A stretch of DNA of 64,000 bases from the UHGV virus genome UHGV-1497419; one strand, given 5' to 3'. The stretch is from a virus. Below, in pieces: positions 1-9,284 of this stretch (its first letter is position 1; every line of letters starts with the position of its first letter). A program made the translations under genes and the position numbers. A model generated the notes under the pieces. That model was not told the origin of the DNA and made no database searches. It saw only the letters and a list, made by a program, of their open reading frames with translations.

Positions 1-533
1 CAACAGCACCGTAGAATAACTTGTCACCTTTGATTGTGATAGCACCCTGAGTGAAGTTTTCGATAGACTTACGAATGTTCATCAGTTCAAAGGCTTTCTT
101 GAACTCACCTTTCACAACATGAACTACAATCTCTTGATAGTTCGGATGAGTAGATTCAACAATTTCAGACTCTGAACCGTAAGTCATAATTACAGAGTCG
201 CCAGTAATCATGTACTCAATCTTGTCATCTTTCTGCATAGCTTCGTGCAGTTTATTTACCGGAGCTTTCTGTACATCCTCTTTAACAGCCTTTTTAACTG
301 GCTTGTCAGCTTTCTTTTTAAAGGTCTTAGCAACTTGCTTCAGAGTCTTCGTAGCTGGTGTAGAAGTCGCCTTCTTATTCCCTTTTAAGGTTGCTTCATG
401 ACGCTCTACGGCACGACCGACTGAACGGGTTGAGGTGTTAAATTTCTGTGCAATAGCGGTTTTAGTCAGCTTGCCCTCTTTAACCAGTTTGTAAATTTCT
501 GCGTCAATCTGTGCTTTAGTTTTAGTAGTCATC
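1..533 (-). CDS. rIIB: rIIB-like protein, N-terminal part (gene runs off the window start)
   Basis: Manual minus-strand translation from ATG at 533: MTTKTKAQIDAEIYKLVKEGKLT...ITIKGDKLFYGAV; resembles what I recall of the T4 rIIB N-terminus; sits directly downstream of rIIA as in T4. Confidence 0.55.
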
Positions 534-583
534 TTATTACTCTCTCTTGTTAGTTAATAAATCATTTTGTGATGCTATTTTAA

Positions 584-599
584 GGGGCTTTGAAGCCCC
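584..599 (-). terminator. Intergenic hairpin GGGGCTTTGAAGCCCC between rIIA and rIIB
   Basis: Perfect 6-bp GC stem; member of a recurring GGGGC-N6-GCCCC hairpin family; weak T-run. Confidence 0.35.
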
Positions 600-611
600 T
601 TGTCAAACACT

Positions 612-2978
612 TTAATCGTAAATTGTAGTCCCTTCTGGAACACATTTTACATCAAAGCCTAAGAACTTACTCACTTCGATGGGTGACACTTTATTCCAAT
701 CTAAATGAGAAAGCAAGAAGTTTTCTTGTTTTCTTTTTGAAAGGTAGTTTGTCACCTTAATGACCATACGGTCACCAGCTTTCTTAATTTTCTTGTACAG
801 CTTTGTATCATTGTCAAGGCATTCTTTCAAAGTTTGCAATCTACTAACAGTGTAAGTGTATGCAAACGGTGCAGCAACGTATTGGATTTTACCGAACATT
901 GCCTCTACAGCCTCTTCATTACCTTCTAGGAAGATAGTTTTGTTTGTATCCCGTGAATAGCAATAACCACGAGAAATCTTCCTATTATTGAATGTAAAGT
1001 TTCTGGCAATAATCCAGCTACTTGTAAGGTCAAGAACACCATTCATGTAGATGCGTGTCATATACCTGTTATGATTAATCCAATGAACATCAGTTAAGCT
1101 GTCGTTCAAGAGCTTCTCATCTACTTCAATCCAGTCTTCTGGTATCTTTTTCCAATTTGCTTTTCGGAAAACATAGACTGTCTTTCCAATAACATTAGCA
1201 ACTGACTTAGCTACATCTTCTGGGGATGAGCAAAAACATTCACCATCAACTGTGTCACCAATTGCCTTAATGTAAAGCTGAGGTTCTTCAATTGTGTCTA
1301 AGTCCTCTGACACCTCTTTGTAGGAGGCTACACCTTCTGCTGGAACAGCTTTCCAGAGTTTTACAACACCTCTTACAGCTTCTTTACGCTGGTAATGGTG
1401 TTCCTTATCAGACATTTTCACAATCTTTAACAAGCTTTTATCAAGTTTGTGTAGATTGATTAAATCATCTAACTCTTTTTCAGTCGAGAATACAAACACA
1501 ATACCATTATATCTGTGAAACAGACTGGACTCACTGGCGTAGTCTCGACATGCACCACGCAGAATCTGATTGCGTCCTACAGTCTTCTCAGTTCCGTTTT
1601 TATTGCGACGGTCATTAATCACGAACAAAAACTGTTCAATTTGGCTTTTACGCATTGCACCAAAGATATTGAACATACTTGCCTCTTGAGTGTAGGAAAG
1701 TGCTGTTGCACGAATCTTACTCTCTAAAGAGTTGAACTTAACATAAGCAACTGGGTTATAAAGATAATCTACTTTAGGAATGTTGTTTCCGTTCCTATCA
1801 ACCTTAATATTACCTTTACCGTCACGTTCATAAATAACTGAGCCGTCTTCTGCGTAGATAATCCCACGACGAATGTTTAGCAATTCTTCTTCCAGAGAAT
1901 CAAGCTTAACACCGCCCCACTCTAGCTTTGGACACACAGCATTAAACATCTCTCGTGAGTTCAAACGTAACTCAGCATAAGCCTGTGCAGCATCCATGAG
2001 TGTAGGTTGGTTATTAACTTTCTTGATAACATCCTTTGTAATGGCTTCAGTTATCTTTTTGGTAGCCTCAATGATGACATTTTTTGTCGTATCATTCATC
2101 TGCAATGCTTCACGAGAAGCTGCAATAGCAACTGAACCAATAGGCATGTAGATGTTTACAAGGTCTACGCTCCTACGGAAAAATTCTGGCAATACTTTGA
2201 AGAAATCATCACCAAGTAATGCTTCCATGTTAACAGGGTAGGCAATGTTACCCATCACCACATTAAACTCTGTCCTGTTATCACTAGAACGCCAGCTTAG
2301 CTTATGAATCATGGCATCATAAACACCCTCTTCACGGGCAATGACGTTCATATCTGCTAATACATCGTTGTACACAATATTACTTTCTGGTTTTACAGCA
2401 AAGTATGAGTATACATTACCAGCTTCTTCAAAGAACTTTGAGATACGGTGGTCAGCAACTGCCACACGTACAGCTAAACCATTAGGTTCTTTTGTTGGGT
2501 TAGTTGTCAGCTTAGTTACTTGAGGAATACCATTCTCAAGATAAACAGAGTACTTATTAACAACACCATCAACATAGCTAGATACTGTGAATGACTGAGC
2601 AATTGCAAATGGTGACTTTGAGCCGATACCCATTGCACCAATGTAATCATTAGAGTCATTCTTCGTAGAAGCTCCGTAGTTCAGATACAAACTCATTACT
2701 TTGTCATGGGTTAAACCAGTTCCAAAGTCACGGACTTCAAAGTAAGGCTCAAACCGAGTAGGTAAATGCACATGGAACGGGATGTTCTCTTTTCCAGCTT
2801 CTTTCTGAGCATCTACTGCGTTACATGACAGTTCACGAATAACTGCCCTTTCTTTAAATGTGTATACACCAGAACTCAAAAGGCTGAACATTTCAGGTGT
2901 CATTGTAATCTGTGCTTGAGACGTCTCTAAAGAAGTTGAACTCTTAATCACTTCTGCGTGGTCGTTTACCATGCGCAT
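612..2978 (-). CDS. rIIA: rIIA-like membrane-associated protein with GHKL-type ATPase N-terminus
   Basis: 788 aa; blocks ERAVIRELSCNAVDAQ, RDFGTGL, SNDYIGAMGIGSKSPF and SVAIAASREALQMND match what I recall of T4 rIIA (N-box and G-box of a histidine-kinase-like ATPase). Confidence 0.75.
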   Translation of the reverse strand: MRMVNDHAEVIKSSTSLETSQAQITMTPEMFSLLSSGVYTFKERAVIRELSCNAVDAQKEAGKENIPFHVHLPTRFEPYFEVRDFGTGLTHDKVMSLYLNYGASTKNDSNDYIGAMGIGSKSPFAIAQSFTVSSYVDGVVNKYSVYLENGIPQVTKLTTNPTKEPNGLAVRVAVADHRISKFFEEAGNVYSYFAVKPESNIVYNDVLADMNVIAREEGVYDAMIHKLSWRSSDNRTEFNVVMGNIAYPVNMEALLGDDFFKVLPEFFRRSVDLVNIYMPIGSVAIAASREALQMNDTTKNVIIEATKKITEAITKDVIKKVNNQPTLMDAAQAYAELRLNSREMFNAVCPKLEWGGVKLDSLEEELLNIRRGIIYAEDGSVIYERDGKGNIKVDRNGNNIPKVDYLYNPVAYVKFNSLESKIRATALSYTQEASMFNIFGAMRKSQIEQFLFVINDRRNKNGTEKTVGRNQILRGACRDYASESSLFHRYNGIVFVFSTEKELDDLINLHKLDKSLLKIVKMSDKEHHYQRKEAVRGVVKLWKAVPAEGVASYKEVSEDLDTIEEPQLYIKAIGDTVDGECFCSSPEDVAKSVANVIGKTVYVFRKANWKKIPEDWIEVDEKLLNDSLTDVHWINHNRYMTRIYMNGVLDLTSSWIIARNFTFNNRKISRGYCYSRDTNKTIFLEGNEEAVEAMFGKIQYVAAPFAYTYTVSRLQTLKECLDNDTKLYKKIKKAGDRMVIKVTNYLSKRKQENFLLSHLDWNKVSPIEVSKFLGFDVKCVPEGTTIYD

Positions 2979-3010
2979 AATACTTTCCTCTTAGTTTACT
3001 GTTAAATCAC

Positions 3011-3183
3011 TTATTAAACATTTTACCAGAACCACCACAAATAGGGCAACAACCTGCTCTTGTATACCCTTCTCCGTTACAGTAGTCACACTTTTTGTGT
3101 TCTGCAAAGTACTTACAAAGAAGGCAAACAAATATTGCTACACTACCAAGTGACAGTAAAATTTCTATCCAATACGCTTGCAT
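3011..3183 (-). CDS. Small membrane protein with C-terminal CxxC...CxxC zinc ribbon
   Basis: Manual translation MQAYWIEILLSLGSVAIFVCLLCKYFAEHKKCDYCNGEGYTRAGCCPICGGSGKMFNK; below the 60-aa cutoff of the ORF track. Confidence 0.3.
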
Positions 3184-3500
3184 GACTCACCTCTCATATT
3201 CTTGTAAAGGATAAAGCTTCTGTCATGGACGATACTTGTAGACACTGCAAAGTTACTTTCAAGCATCTGTTTGTTTGGATTGTAGAAGCTTTCTTTAAAC
3301 TCGTCAAGTGCAAATTGGTGATGTTGCGGAAGACCTTTTACACAGACCTTTATTGTGATTGCTGCTGCGACCTTGCCAGTCAGTTCTTCTTGAGCTGCTA
3401 CCAAGATTTTGTTAAGGAACTTATGACCATCTTCAGGCTTCTTGATGTTCTCCCAACGTTCTTCTAAGACAATGTTGATGTTCATCTCTTTGATTTTCAT
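3165..3500 (-). CDS. Hypothetical protein
   Basis: 111-aa ORF co-oriented with flanking genes. Confidence 0.4.
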   Translation of the reverse strand: MKIKEMNINIVLEERWENIKKPEDGHKFLNKILVAAQEELTGKVAAAITIKVCVKGLPQHHQFALDEFKESFYNPNKQMLESNFAVSTSIVHDRSFILYKNMRGESCKRIG

Positions 3501-3522
3501 AGTTTTCTCCAGAAATTAAAAA

Positions 3523-3538
3523 GGCTCCCGTAGGAGCC
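3523..3538 (-). terminator. Rho-independent terminator downstream of NAMPT-like gene
   Basis: GGCTCC-CGTA-GGAGCC hairpin followed by a U-run on the minus transcript. Confidence 0.55.
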
Positions 3539-3553
3539 TCTTATCATATACTT

Positions 3554-5335
3554 TTAAAGCTGCTTGTCAATATTATTTCGAATATCCCCAAGAGTTGTGT
3601 AACCGAACTGCTCAGAGTCACTAAAGACTAAACGTAAGGCACAAGCTGGGTGGTCAAGTACATCTGCAAAACTCTGGAATCCATAGCCATCTATAGCTTT
3701 CAGCTTGTCACCATCCCACATAGGTGCTACACCACCAAAGGCAGATTTCTTAACACCACTATCTGTTTTAGGGTCTTTTGCAAGCATAATCTCTTTACCA
3801 CCAATGCTTGCAAGAGTTGCTTTGACAGCAAATGCAAAGGTGTCACGAGTCATGTACTGGTAAGTGTAAGAACCTACGCCAAACACTACGTTAGAGCTTG
3901 CAAAACCCATTTCATACAGACGCTTCAGGATTTCGTTTGCACGTTCCAGTGTGATAGAGTCACCATAGATAAGGCCGATGTGCTCATCCAGTACCTTAAA
4001 CCCTTTAGAGTTAACAGTTCCCCCAAAGATGTTGTACAGCGTCTTAATAGCTCCATCAATCTCCGCTACAGGACGTGTTACAACGTTTGCAGAACCAACC
4101 ATATAAGCATTCTTCAGCAGTACTGTATCAGCAACTTCAAAGTCTTCTCTGTCAACAACCATTTCGTAGCCTTCTGACAGTAGCCATCCAGCAATACCAT
4201 AGTTAATGTTTTCAAGCTTCATGTTCAGGACAGAGTTCAGCATTGTATCACTTGCCTCCAGCTTGCTTAGGTGTTCGTAATAAGCCTTCTTAGCACACTC
4301 TAAGTGGATTGCTTTATAACCTGTGACAATATGTACAGGGTCTCCAGAGTCAGGGCGAATTACCAGTTTACCATCACGTTCCATAATTTCTTTACGGAGT
4401 GCTGGTAAGATTTCTGACACAGTTCTCCAGAAGTTATAAGTATCTGAAACAATGCTTGCAATACCAGTTGGGTAAGTTTCTGTTAAGAAACGACGGAAGG
4501 TTTGCAACTCACCTTTAAAACGTCTTTCTTCTTCAATCAATTCGTTACCGCCTTCCCAAGCAATGTTTGCACACATTACAGAGTGTTCAGTGGCTGGTAC
4601 AGAGCTACCAATATCAGAGATTGGGTAAGACTGTCCATAGATTCGTTTAGCCGTATACACAGCAGGGAAGCTATCAGTTCCTTTAAAGCTGGTTAAGTGA
4701 CCTACAGCGTTAAATGCGTCATCAGTAAAGCCGGACATACCACGCATAGCAAAGTCATGGCACTGATAAGGTAAATGTAAGTCGTTGTCGCAAGTAAGGT
4801 CAGCCCACTTCTTACAGATACGTTTATAATGCAATGCAATAGTTGCAATGGTACAAGCCTTCCAAATCTCAGCAGAGAAAGCATCCTCCAGATACCCCGC
4901 TACCCAATGGAAACCTGAAACAGTGTTCTGGAAGACAATCATTGGGACACGCATAGGGACAACTGTACCTTCTTCTACAGCGTATACTTCAACTGGTAGA
5001 TAACCTAAGTCGTGAAGTGCTTCCCAATGCTCTCGACCGATAGCATCTTTACCCAGAACACCATTCATGACTTCTAAGATTTCATCAATGGCTTCTTTTT
5101 TATCACGTTCAAAGAAAGTGGCGTTCCAGTGGTCTATCAAGTAATCTTTAACGAAACGTTGAATACCAAAAGCCACTACACCATCAATTGCTAAGGGGCT
5201 GTTAAACCATTTGTCACTACGTGGTGTCAGGTTGAACATCAAATACTCTGTTGCACTAGGATACTGGTAAACATGACCAGATTTGTAAGCATCTGCGTTT
5301 AAACCTGCTGGTACTGCATAAAGTGATTTAGTCAT
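3554..5335 (-). CDS. Nicotinamide phosphoribosyltransferase-like enzyme (NadV/NAMPT family; possibly a Namat-type nicotinamide ADP-ribose transferase)
   Basis: 593 aa; N-terminal DAYKSGHVYQYP matches the NAMPT DSYKVTHYKQYP signature; C-terminal GLIYGDSI...VVFGVGSYTYQ block. Confidence 0.8.
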   Translation of the reverse strand: MTKSLYAVPAGLNADAYKSGHVYQYPSATEYLMFNLTPRSDKWFNSPLAIDGVVAFGIQRFVKDYLIDHWNATFFERDKKEAIDEILEVMNGVLGKDAIGREHWEALHDLGYLPVEVYAVEEGTVVPMRVPMIVFQNTVSGFHWVAGYLEDAFSAEIWKACTIATIALHYKRICKKWADLTCDNDLHLPYQCHDFAMRGMSGFTDDAFNAVGHLTSFKGTDSFPAVYTAKRIYGQSYPISDIGSSVPATEHSVMCANIAWEGGNELIEEERRFKGELQTFRRFLTETYPTGIASIVSDTYNFWRTVSEILPALRKEIMERDGKLVIRPDSGDPVHIVTGYKAIHLECAKKAYYEHLSKLEASDTMLNSVLNMKLENINYGIAGWLLSEGYEMVVDREDFEVADTVLLKNAYMVGSANVVTRPVAEIDGAIKTLYNIFGGTVNSKGFKVLDEHIGLIYGDSITLERANEILKRLYEMGFASSNVVFGVGSYTYQYMTRDTFAFAVKATLASIGGKEIMLAKDPKTDSGVKKSAFGGVAPMWDGDKLKAIDGYGFQSFADVLDHPACALRLVFSDSEQFGYTTLGDIRNNIDKQL

Positions 5336-5357
5336 CTTTTAATCTCTCTCTCAAAAT

Positions 5358-5373
5358 GGGGCTTTTAAGCCCC
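5358..5373 (-). terminator. Hairpin GGGGCTTTTAAGCCCC between prs-like and NAMPT-like genes
   Basis: Perfect stem plus U-run on the minus transcript; possible attenuator inside the two-gene unit. Confidence 0.45.
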
Positions 5374-5382
5374 TATAAACTT

Positions 5383-6279
5383 TCAATCAAGGTTTGCTAC
5401 AGTAACTTGACTGTAATGTGTTAAGCCACGGTCTTTAGCTTCGCCTAAAGAGTTTGTAGTGTAAATATGGTCGATACCATTGTCAAGAAGGTTTTCAACA
5501 TCTTTAGAGAAGATACCATGTGTTACATAAAGTTCCACACGTTTTGCACCTGCTTCACGAAGATGCTTCGCTGCTTCTATGAAGGTTCGACCACCATCAC
5601 AGATATCATCCAGAATCATGACGGTTTTATCTGTCAAATCAACATCATCAAGGATTCGCATACTAGTAATTTCACCAGTCTTAAGGTTACGCACTTTAGA
5701 CATTGTGATGTATGGTTTATCCACCTCTTTAGCAGTCTCTGCAATCTTCTTAGCAGCACCTGCATCTGGGGCTACTAAGTAATCAATCAGTGGGTCATTT
5801 GCATAGTGGACTGCAATTTCCTTTTGAGGAATACTCTGGAAGCAGTTAAACAGGTTATCTGGTACATAGCTGTGAGGGTCAACTGCACAGACTGCATCAA
5901 AACCCATTGCATTAACCTGTTGTGCAAACACTTTCAAAGCTGCTGCATCACCTTTAAACATGTGACGGTCGTAACGTGCATTTGGCAAATAGTAAAAGAT
6001 AGCAGTCTTCATAGCAAACTTATGAGGTACTAAATCATCAATTGCTTCTTTAGCAAGTGCCACAGCAAACAATGTGTCCTTATCATAACCTTTTACAATC
6101 ATAATCACATTGTTGATAGATGATGCTGCATAAGCAGTAAAATCAACAAACTCTGGCGAAAAGTGTCCACCAATCTCACCAGAAGGGAATTGGACGATGT
6201 TAAACTCTTCTTCATGAGTCCCTTTAGTTGGTGAATGAACTGTAACACGGATAGATGTTTTCATAGTTTTCTCTCTCAA
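5383..6279 (-). CDS. Ribose-phosphate pyrophosphokinase-like enzyme (PRPP synthetase family; possibly an Adps-type ADP-ribose pyrophosphokinase)
   Basis: 298 aa; PRTase-type motif VMILDDICDGGRT and overall Prs-like layout. Confidence 0.7.
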   Translation of the reverse strand: MREKTMKTSIRVTVHSPTKGTHEEEFNIVQFPSGEIGGHFSPEFVDFTAYAASSINNVIMIVKGYDKDTLFAVALAKEAIDDLVPHKFAMKTAIFYYLPNARYDRHMFKGDAAALKVFAQQVNAMGFDAVCAVDPHSYVPDNLFNCFQSIPQKEIAVHYANDPLIDYLVAPDAGAAKKIAETAKEVDKPYITMSKVRNLKTGEITSMRILDDVDLTDKTVMILDDICDGGRTFIEAAKHLREAGAKRVELYVTHGIFSKDVENLLDNGIDHIYTTNSLGEAKDRGLTHYSQVTVANLD

Positions 6280-6554
6280 TCAAAAGTTACGTTTGTTACT
6301 GCCATTGCAGATTTGCATTTTGCAGGGTCTACAACGTGATAAAGTACACTACAGTTACCTGTGCTGTCTGGTACAGGCTTTACCCATTGCTGCTTTATAG
6401 TTGGCTCTCCTAAGTCTTTGTAAGAGCCATCTGTAAAGTTGTTTACCATCTCAAGTGCAATTGGTTCTGGAACATGACCGCGTATCATGTACATCTCACA
6501 ACCATTACCACATTCACTGACTAATGGTAAAATCTCCCACTTCTCTTTAGCCAT
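6276..6554 (-). CDS. Hypothetical protein
   Basis: 92-aa ORF, start overlaps upstream gene stop. Confidence 0.4.
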   Translation of the reverse strand: MAKEKWEILPLVSECGNGCEMYMIRGHVPEPIALEMVNNFTDGSYKDLGEPTIKQQWVKPVPDSTGNCSVLYHVVDPAKCKSAMAVTNVTFD

Positions 6555-7062
6555 TGTAAGTTGCCCTATAAACTGTCTCGAACTTCAACAGGAGAGATAT
6601 TGCCAAATCTGTATAGTTGTTGTCAAGCACATCTGGCATATTATTTTTGATATATTTCTCTTGCTCTTCATAGGTCATCTTAGGGATGCTTAGAAGACTA
6701 TCACCTTGATTCTGATTATCAAGTTTAGTCTGGATAAACCAGTTTGCACAGTGATGCTCACCACCCTTTGTAACAGGTTTGTGGTGGCCTAATGTGAAGG
6801 ATTGACTACCTGTGTATCTGCAAAGTTTATTGAGCACTGTAATGGTGTTCTTCACAACAAAACATTCATACAGGTTGTCTATGGTGTAGTATGGGTAATA
6901 TCGGAATAATGCTCTTTCACGAGTACTCTCACGATTCCAGAGAATCATGTGATTGGAGTTGGAAGGGTCATATTGGTGGAAGTCAATGAACTCTTGACGT
7001 TCCTCAAAGCTGAGCCTTAACACTGACATTGCAGCCGAACGTTTCAGGTTTGACAGGTACAT
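6547..7062 (-). CDS. Hypothetical protein
   Basis: 171-aa ORF, co-oriented. Confidence 0.4.
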   Translation of the reverse strand: MYLSNLKRSAAMSVLRLSFEERQEFIDFHQYDPSNSNHMILWNRESTRERALFRYYPYYTIDNLYECFVVKNTITVLNKLCRYTGSQSFTLGHHKPVTKGGEHHCANWFIQTKLDNQNQGDSLLSIPKMTYEEQEKYIKNNMPDVLDNNYTDLAISLLLKFETVYRATYNG

Positions 7063-7113
7063 ATTATCTCCAAAATAAAAAGGGAACCTTTACAGTTCCC
7101 TAATCATAGACTC

Positions 7114-7425
7114 TTACTGAACTAATTTCAATACTTTGAAGAAACCTTCTTCACCAATTGCATCATAGACCTTTTCAGTTGGCTTGATAAGGTTGTTCAA
7201 GCAGATTATTTTCTTACGTTTCTTATCATAAGAAAGTTTAAGCTGCTTCAGCTCTTTATCATCTTCAGGGTGCTCATTGTACATCTTTACAGCCTCTTTG
7301 AAGCTAATGTAACCGCCGCCAAGAGTAAGGAAACCTGTGCCACAATAATGTGAATTGTGCTTATCAGCCATAAACTGACACAGAATAGAAATCTGAATTT
7401 TACGGGTGTTATAAATCTTTTCCAT
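7114..7425 (-). CDS. Hypothetical protein
   Basis: 103-aa ORF. Confidence 0.4.
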   Translation of the reverse strand: MEKIYNTRKIQISILCQFMADKHNSHYCGTGFLTLGGGYISFKEAVKMYNEHPEDDKELKQLKLSYDKKRKKIICLNNLIKPTEKVYDAIGEEGFFKVLKLVQ

Positions 7426-7436
7426 TTTGGTTATCC

Positions 7437-7709
7437 TTACTTGTTGCGTTTACGGTTACGAGCTTTCTTAGCTGCTCGTTTAATAGCTGCTGCACCAGAC
7501 GGACGGTGGGCTTGCTTCTTACCACCTTTACCACGTCCAACATGAATGTAAGGCTGCTGTTCAATCTGGCTTGCAAGAACCTGTGCAACTGCTGAAGCAT
7601 CTACACCGACCTGCTTACCCGTCATAGAAACAATTGCTGCTGCTTTTGCCAGTGCAGCTAAGAAACCAGCTTTCATGTTACTAAAAATTCCCATTTTAAT
7701 CTCTCTCAT
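7437..7709 (-). CDS. Hypothetical protein with basic C-terminal tail
   Basis: 90-aa ORF, K/R-rich C-terminus. Confidence 0.35.
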   Translation of the reverse strand: MREIKMGIFSNMKAGFLAALAKAAAIVSMTGKQVGVDASAVAQVLASQIEQQPYIHVGRGKGGKKQAHRPSGAAAIKRAAKKARNRKRNK

Positions 7710-7964
7710 TTAAAGTTTAATACAGAACTTATTAAGTTCTTCTTCAGTAACTGTGACAACTTTATCATCAACACGTAAGTTTGTCGCGTAAAAATTTGAG
7801 AAATGTGCTTTGTATTTTACTTTAAATACTCCAGCATCCTCAATACATTTCAATGCTTCCATACCAGTGGAGTCAAACAGACTTTTAGTATAGACTTTCC
7901 ACTCTTCAATGGTTTCTGGATTTACTTTGTAGCTACCAAATAGTGACATGTTACAGTACGACAT
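7710..7964 (-). CDS. Hypothetical protein
   Basis: Track ORF 7710..8111 trimmed to an internal ATG to avoid overlap with nrdG. Confidence 0.3.
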   Translation of the reverse strand: MSYCNMSLFGSYKVNPETIEEWKVYTKSLFDSTGMEALKCIEDAGVFKVKYKAHFSNFYATNLRVDDKVVTVTEEELNKFCIKL

Positions 7965-7992
7965 AACAAACTCACCGCGTTTGAATCCACCG

Positions 7993-8478
7993 CTACTCTG
8001 CTCTCCATTGACAGTCACCTTGCCAGCCATATTCTTTTCTCCACAAGTTTTGGTTGTCTGAACCACGATATGGTTTATTCGTTGGTTTAGAAGCATCATA
8101 CTTACCATCAATCACCACGTCAACATATTTCATCACATCTAAGTGGATTTTTTCGTGCAGTTGAAAACCTGTCCAAAGCCATATAGACTTTTCTGGATAA
8201 ACAGTTTTAATACGCTTGCATATGTTGGTGACCTCTTGAATATTTCTATCATCCAGAGGCTCCCCACCAAGTATTGACAGCCCACTGATAGCGTTATCAT
8301 TCATTAGCTGAATGATTCCGTAAAGGTTTGCATAAGTAAATACTTTACCAGCATTAAACTTCCAAGACTCCCTGTTAAAGCAGCCTTCGCAGTGATGCTT
8401 ACAACCAGCTACGAAGAGGCTTACACGAACCCCTTCACCATTAGCTGTGTCAAATGGCCTAATCTCCATGTAATTCAT
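7993..8478 (-). CDS. nrdG: Anaerobic ribonucleotide reductase activating protein (radical SAM)
   Basis: 161 aa; CKHHCEGC radical-SAM cysteine cluster, GGEPL motif, close to nrdD. Confidence 0.75.
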   Translation of the reverse strand: MNYMEIRPFDTANGEGVRVSLFVAGCKHHCEGCFNRESWKFNAGKVFTYANLYGIIQLMNDNAISGLSILGGEPLDDRNIQEVTNICKRIKTVYPEKSIWLWTGFQLHEKIHLDVMKYVDVVIDGKYDASKPTNKPYRGSDNQNLWRKEYGWQGDCQWRAE

Positions 8479-8537
8479 CTAGTTACCTCACCAATAAATA
8501 TAAACGTTCTTTAAACCTTTTCTTCGAATTGTTTTAC

Positions 8538-8933
8538 TCATTCAAACACCACCTGACAAGGAACCTGTTTAGTAATAAATTCTTCACAGTGCTCTTTAAT
8601 GAAGTTTTGTAATGGTACACAATCTTGTGCGCAAGTCATTAGCATAATGTACTCTGGATTCATGATGTTTTCAAGACTGTAGAAGACAACATCATCAGAT
8701 AGTTCGTGACCATCTTCTTCAGACCAAGTTCCAGTGACTACAGCTAATTTGTCAAGCAATTCATTAGGCAATGCTACACCATCTTCTACAGAATCACTTA
8801 GAACATTGTCGCCGATATACAATGTGAAGACCGTGTGGAATGTTGAGTATCTTACGTGATTCTTTTCACAAGAGCCACACTCTGAGGCATAATCTTTAAT
8901 CCACTCTAACTGTTTTTGACTCAACTTAATCAT
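8538..8933 (-). CDS. Hypothetical protein
   Basis: 131-aa ORF. Confidence 0.4.
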   Translation of the reverse strand: MIKLSQKQLEWIKDYASECGSCEKNHVRYSTFHTVFTLYIGDNVLSDSVEDGVALPNELLDKLAVVTGTWSEEDGHELSDDVVFYSLENIMNPEYIMLMTCAQDCVPLQNFIKEHCEEFITKQVPCQVVFE

Positions 8934-9130
8934 AATTTCACCTTAGTTGGTAATGCACTGAATGCTATGACTAACCCTAAAAATGGTTTGAAGCATGACC
9001 ATAAATCCATCTGACCATGATATGAGAAACTCCATTGTGGGTCTGAAAAACCCCATACCATAACACTAACCCCAAAGAAGAAGACTAGAATATGGAGTAT
9101 GTATATCAACGCTTTTGATATCTTAAACAT
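8930..9130 (-). CDS. Small hydrophobic protein
   Basis: 66-aa ORF with a hydrophobic stretch. Confidence 0.3.
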   Translation of the reverse strand: MFKISKALIYILHILVFFFGVSVMVWGFSDPQWSFSYHGQMDLWSCFKPFLGLVIAFSALPTKVKL

Positions 9131-9284
9131 TTTAACTTACCTTTCAATTCACAATAAGAGAGTCCTAAAAAGAACCCTAGTAAGACAGAACCTATGAACA
9201 ATCCAATAATACTCTCTGCCATATCTAACATCCAATAAAAAAGGTGATGTAAGCCTATCAAGACCCACATCACCTTGTCAAGTT

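Noticed and set aside
210-401. Plus-strand 63-aa ORF
   Set aside because: Lies antisense inside the rIIB-like coding region; low-complexity translation
1515-2523. Plus-strand ORFs 1515..1727 and 2341..2523
   Set aside because: Antisense within the well-supported rIIA gene
3225-4177. Plus-strand ORFs 3225..3467 and 3650..4177
   Set aside because: Antisense to minus-strand genes, including the NAMPT-like gene, whose signature motifs support the minus frame
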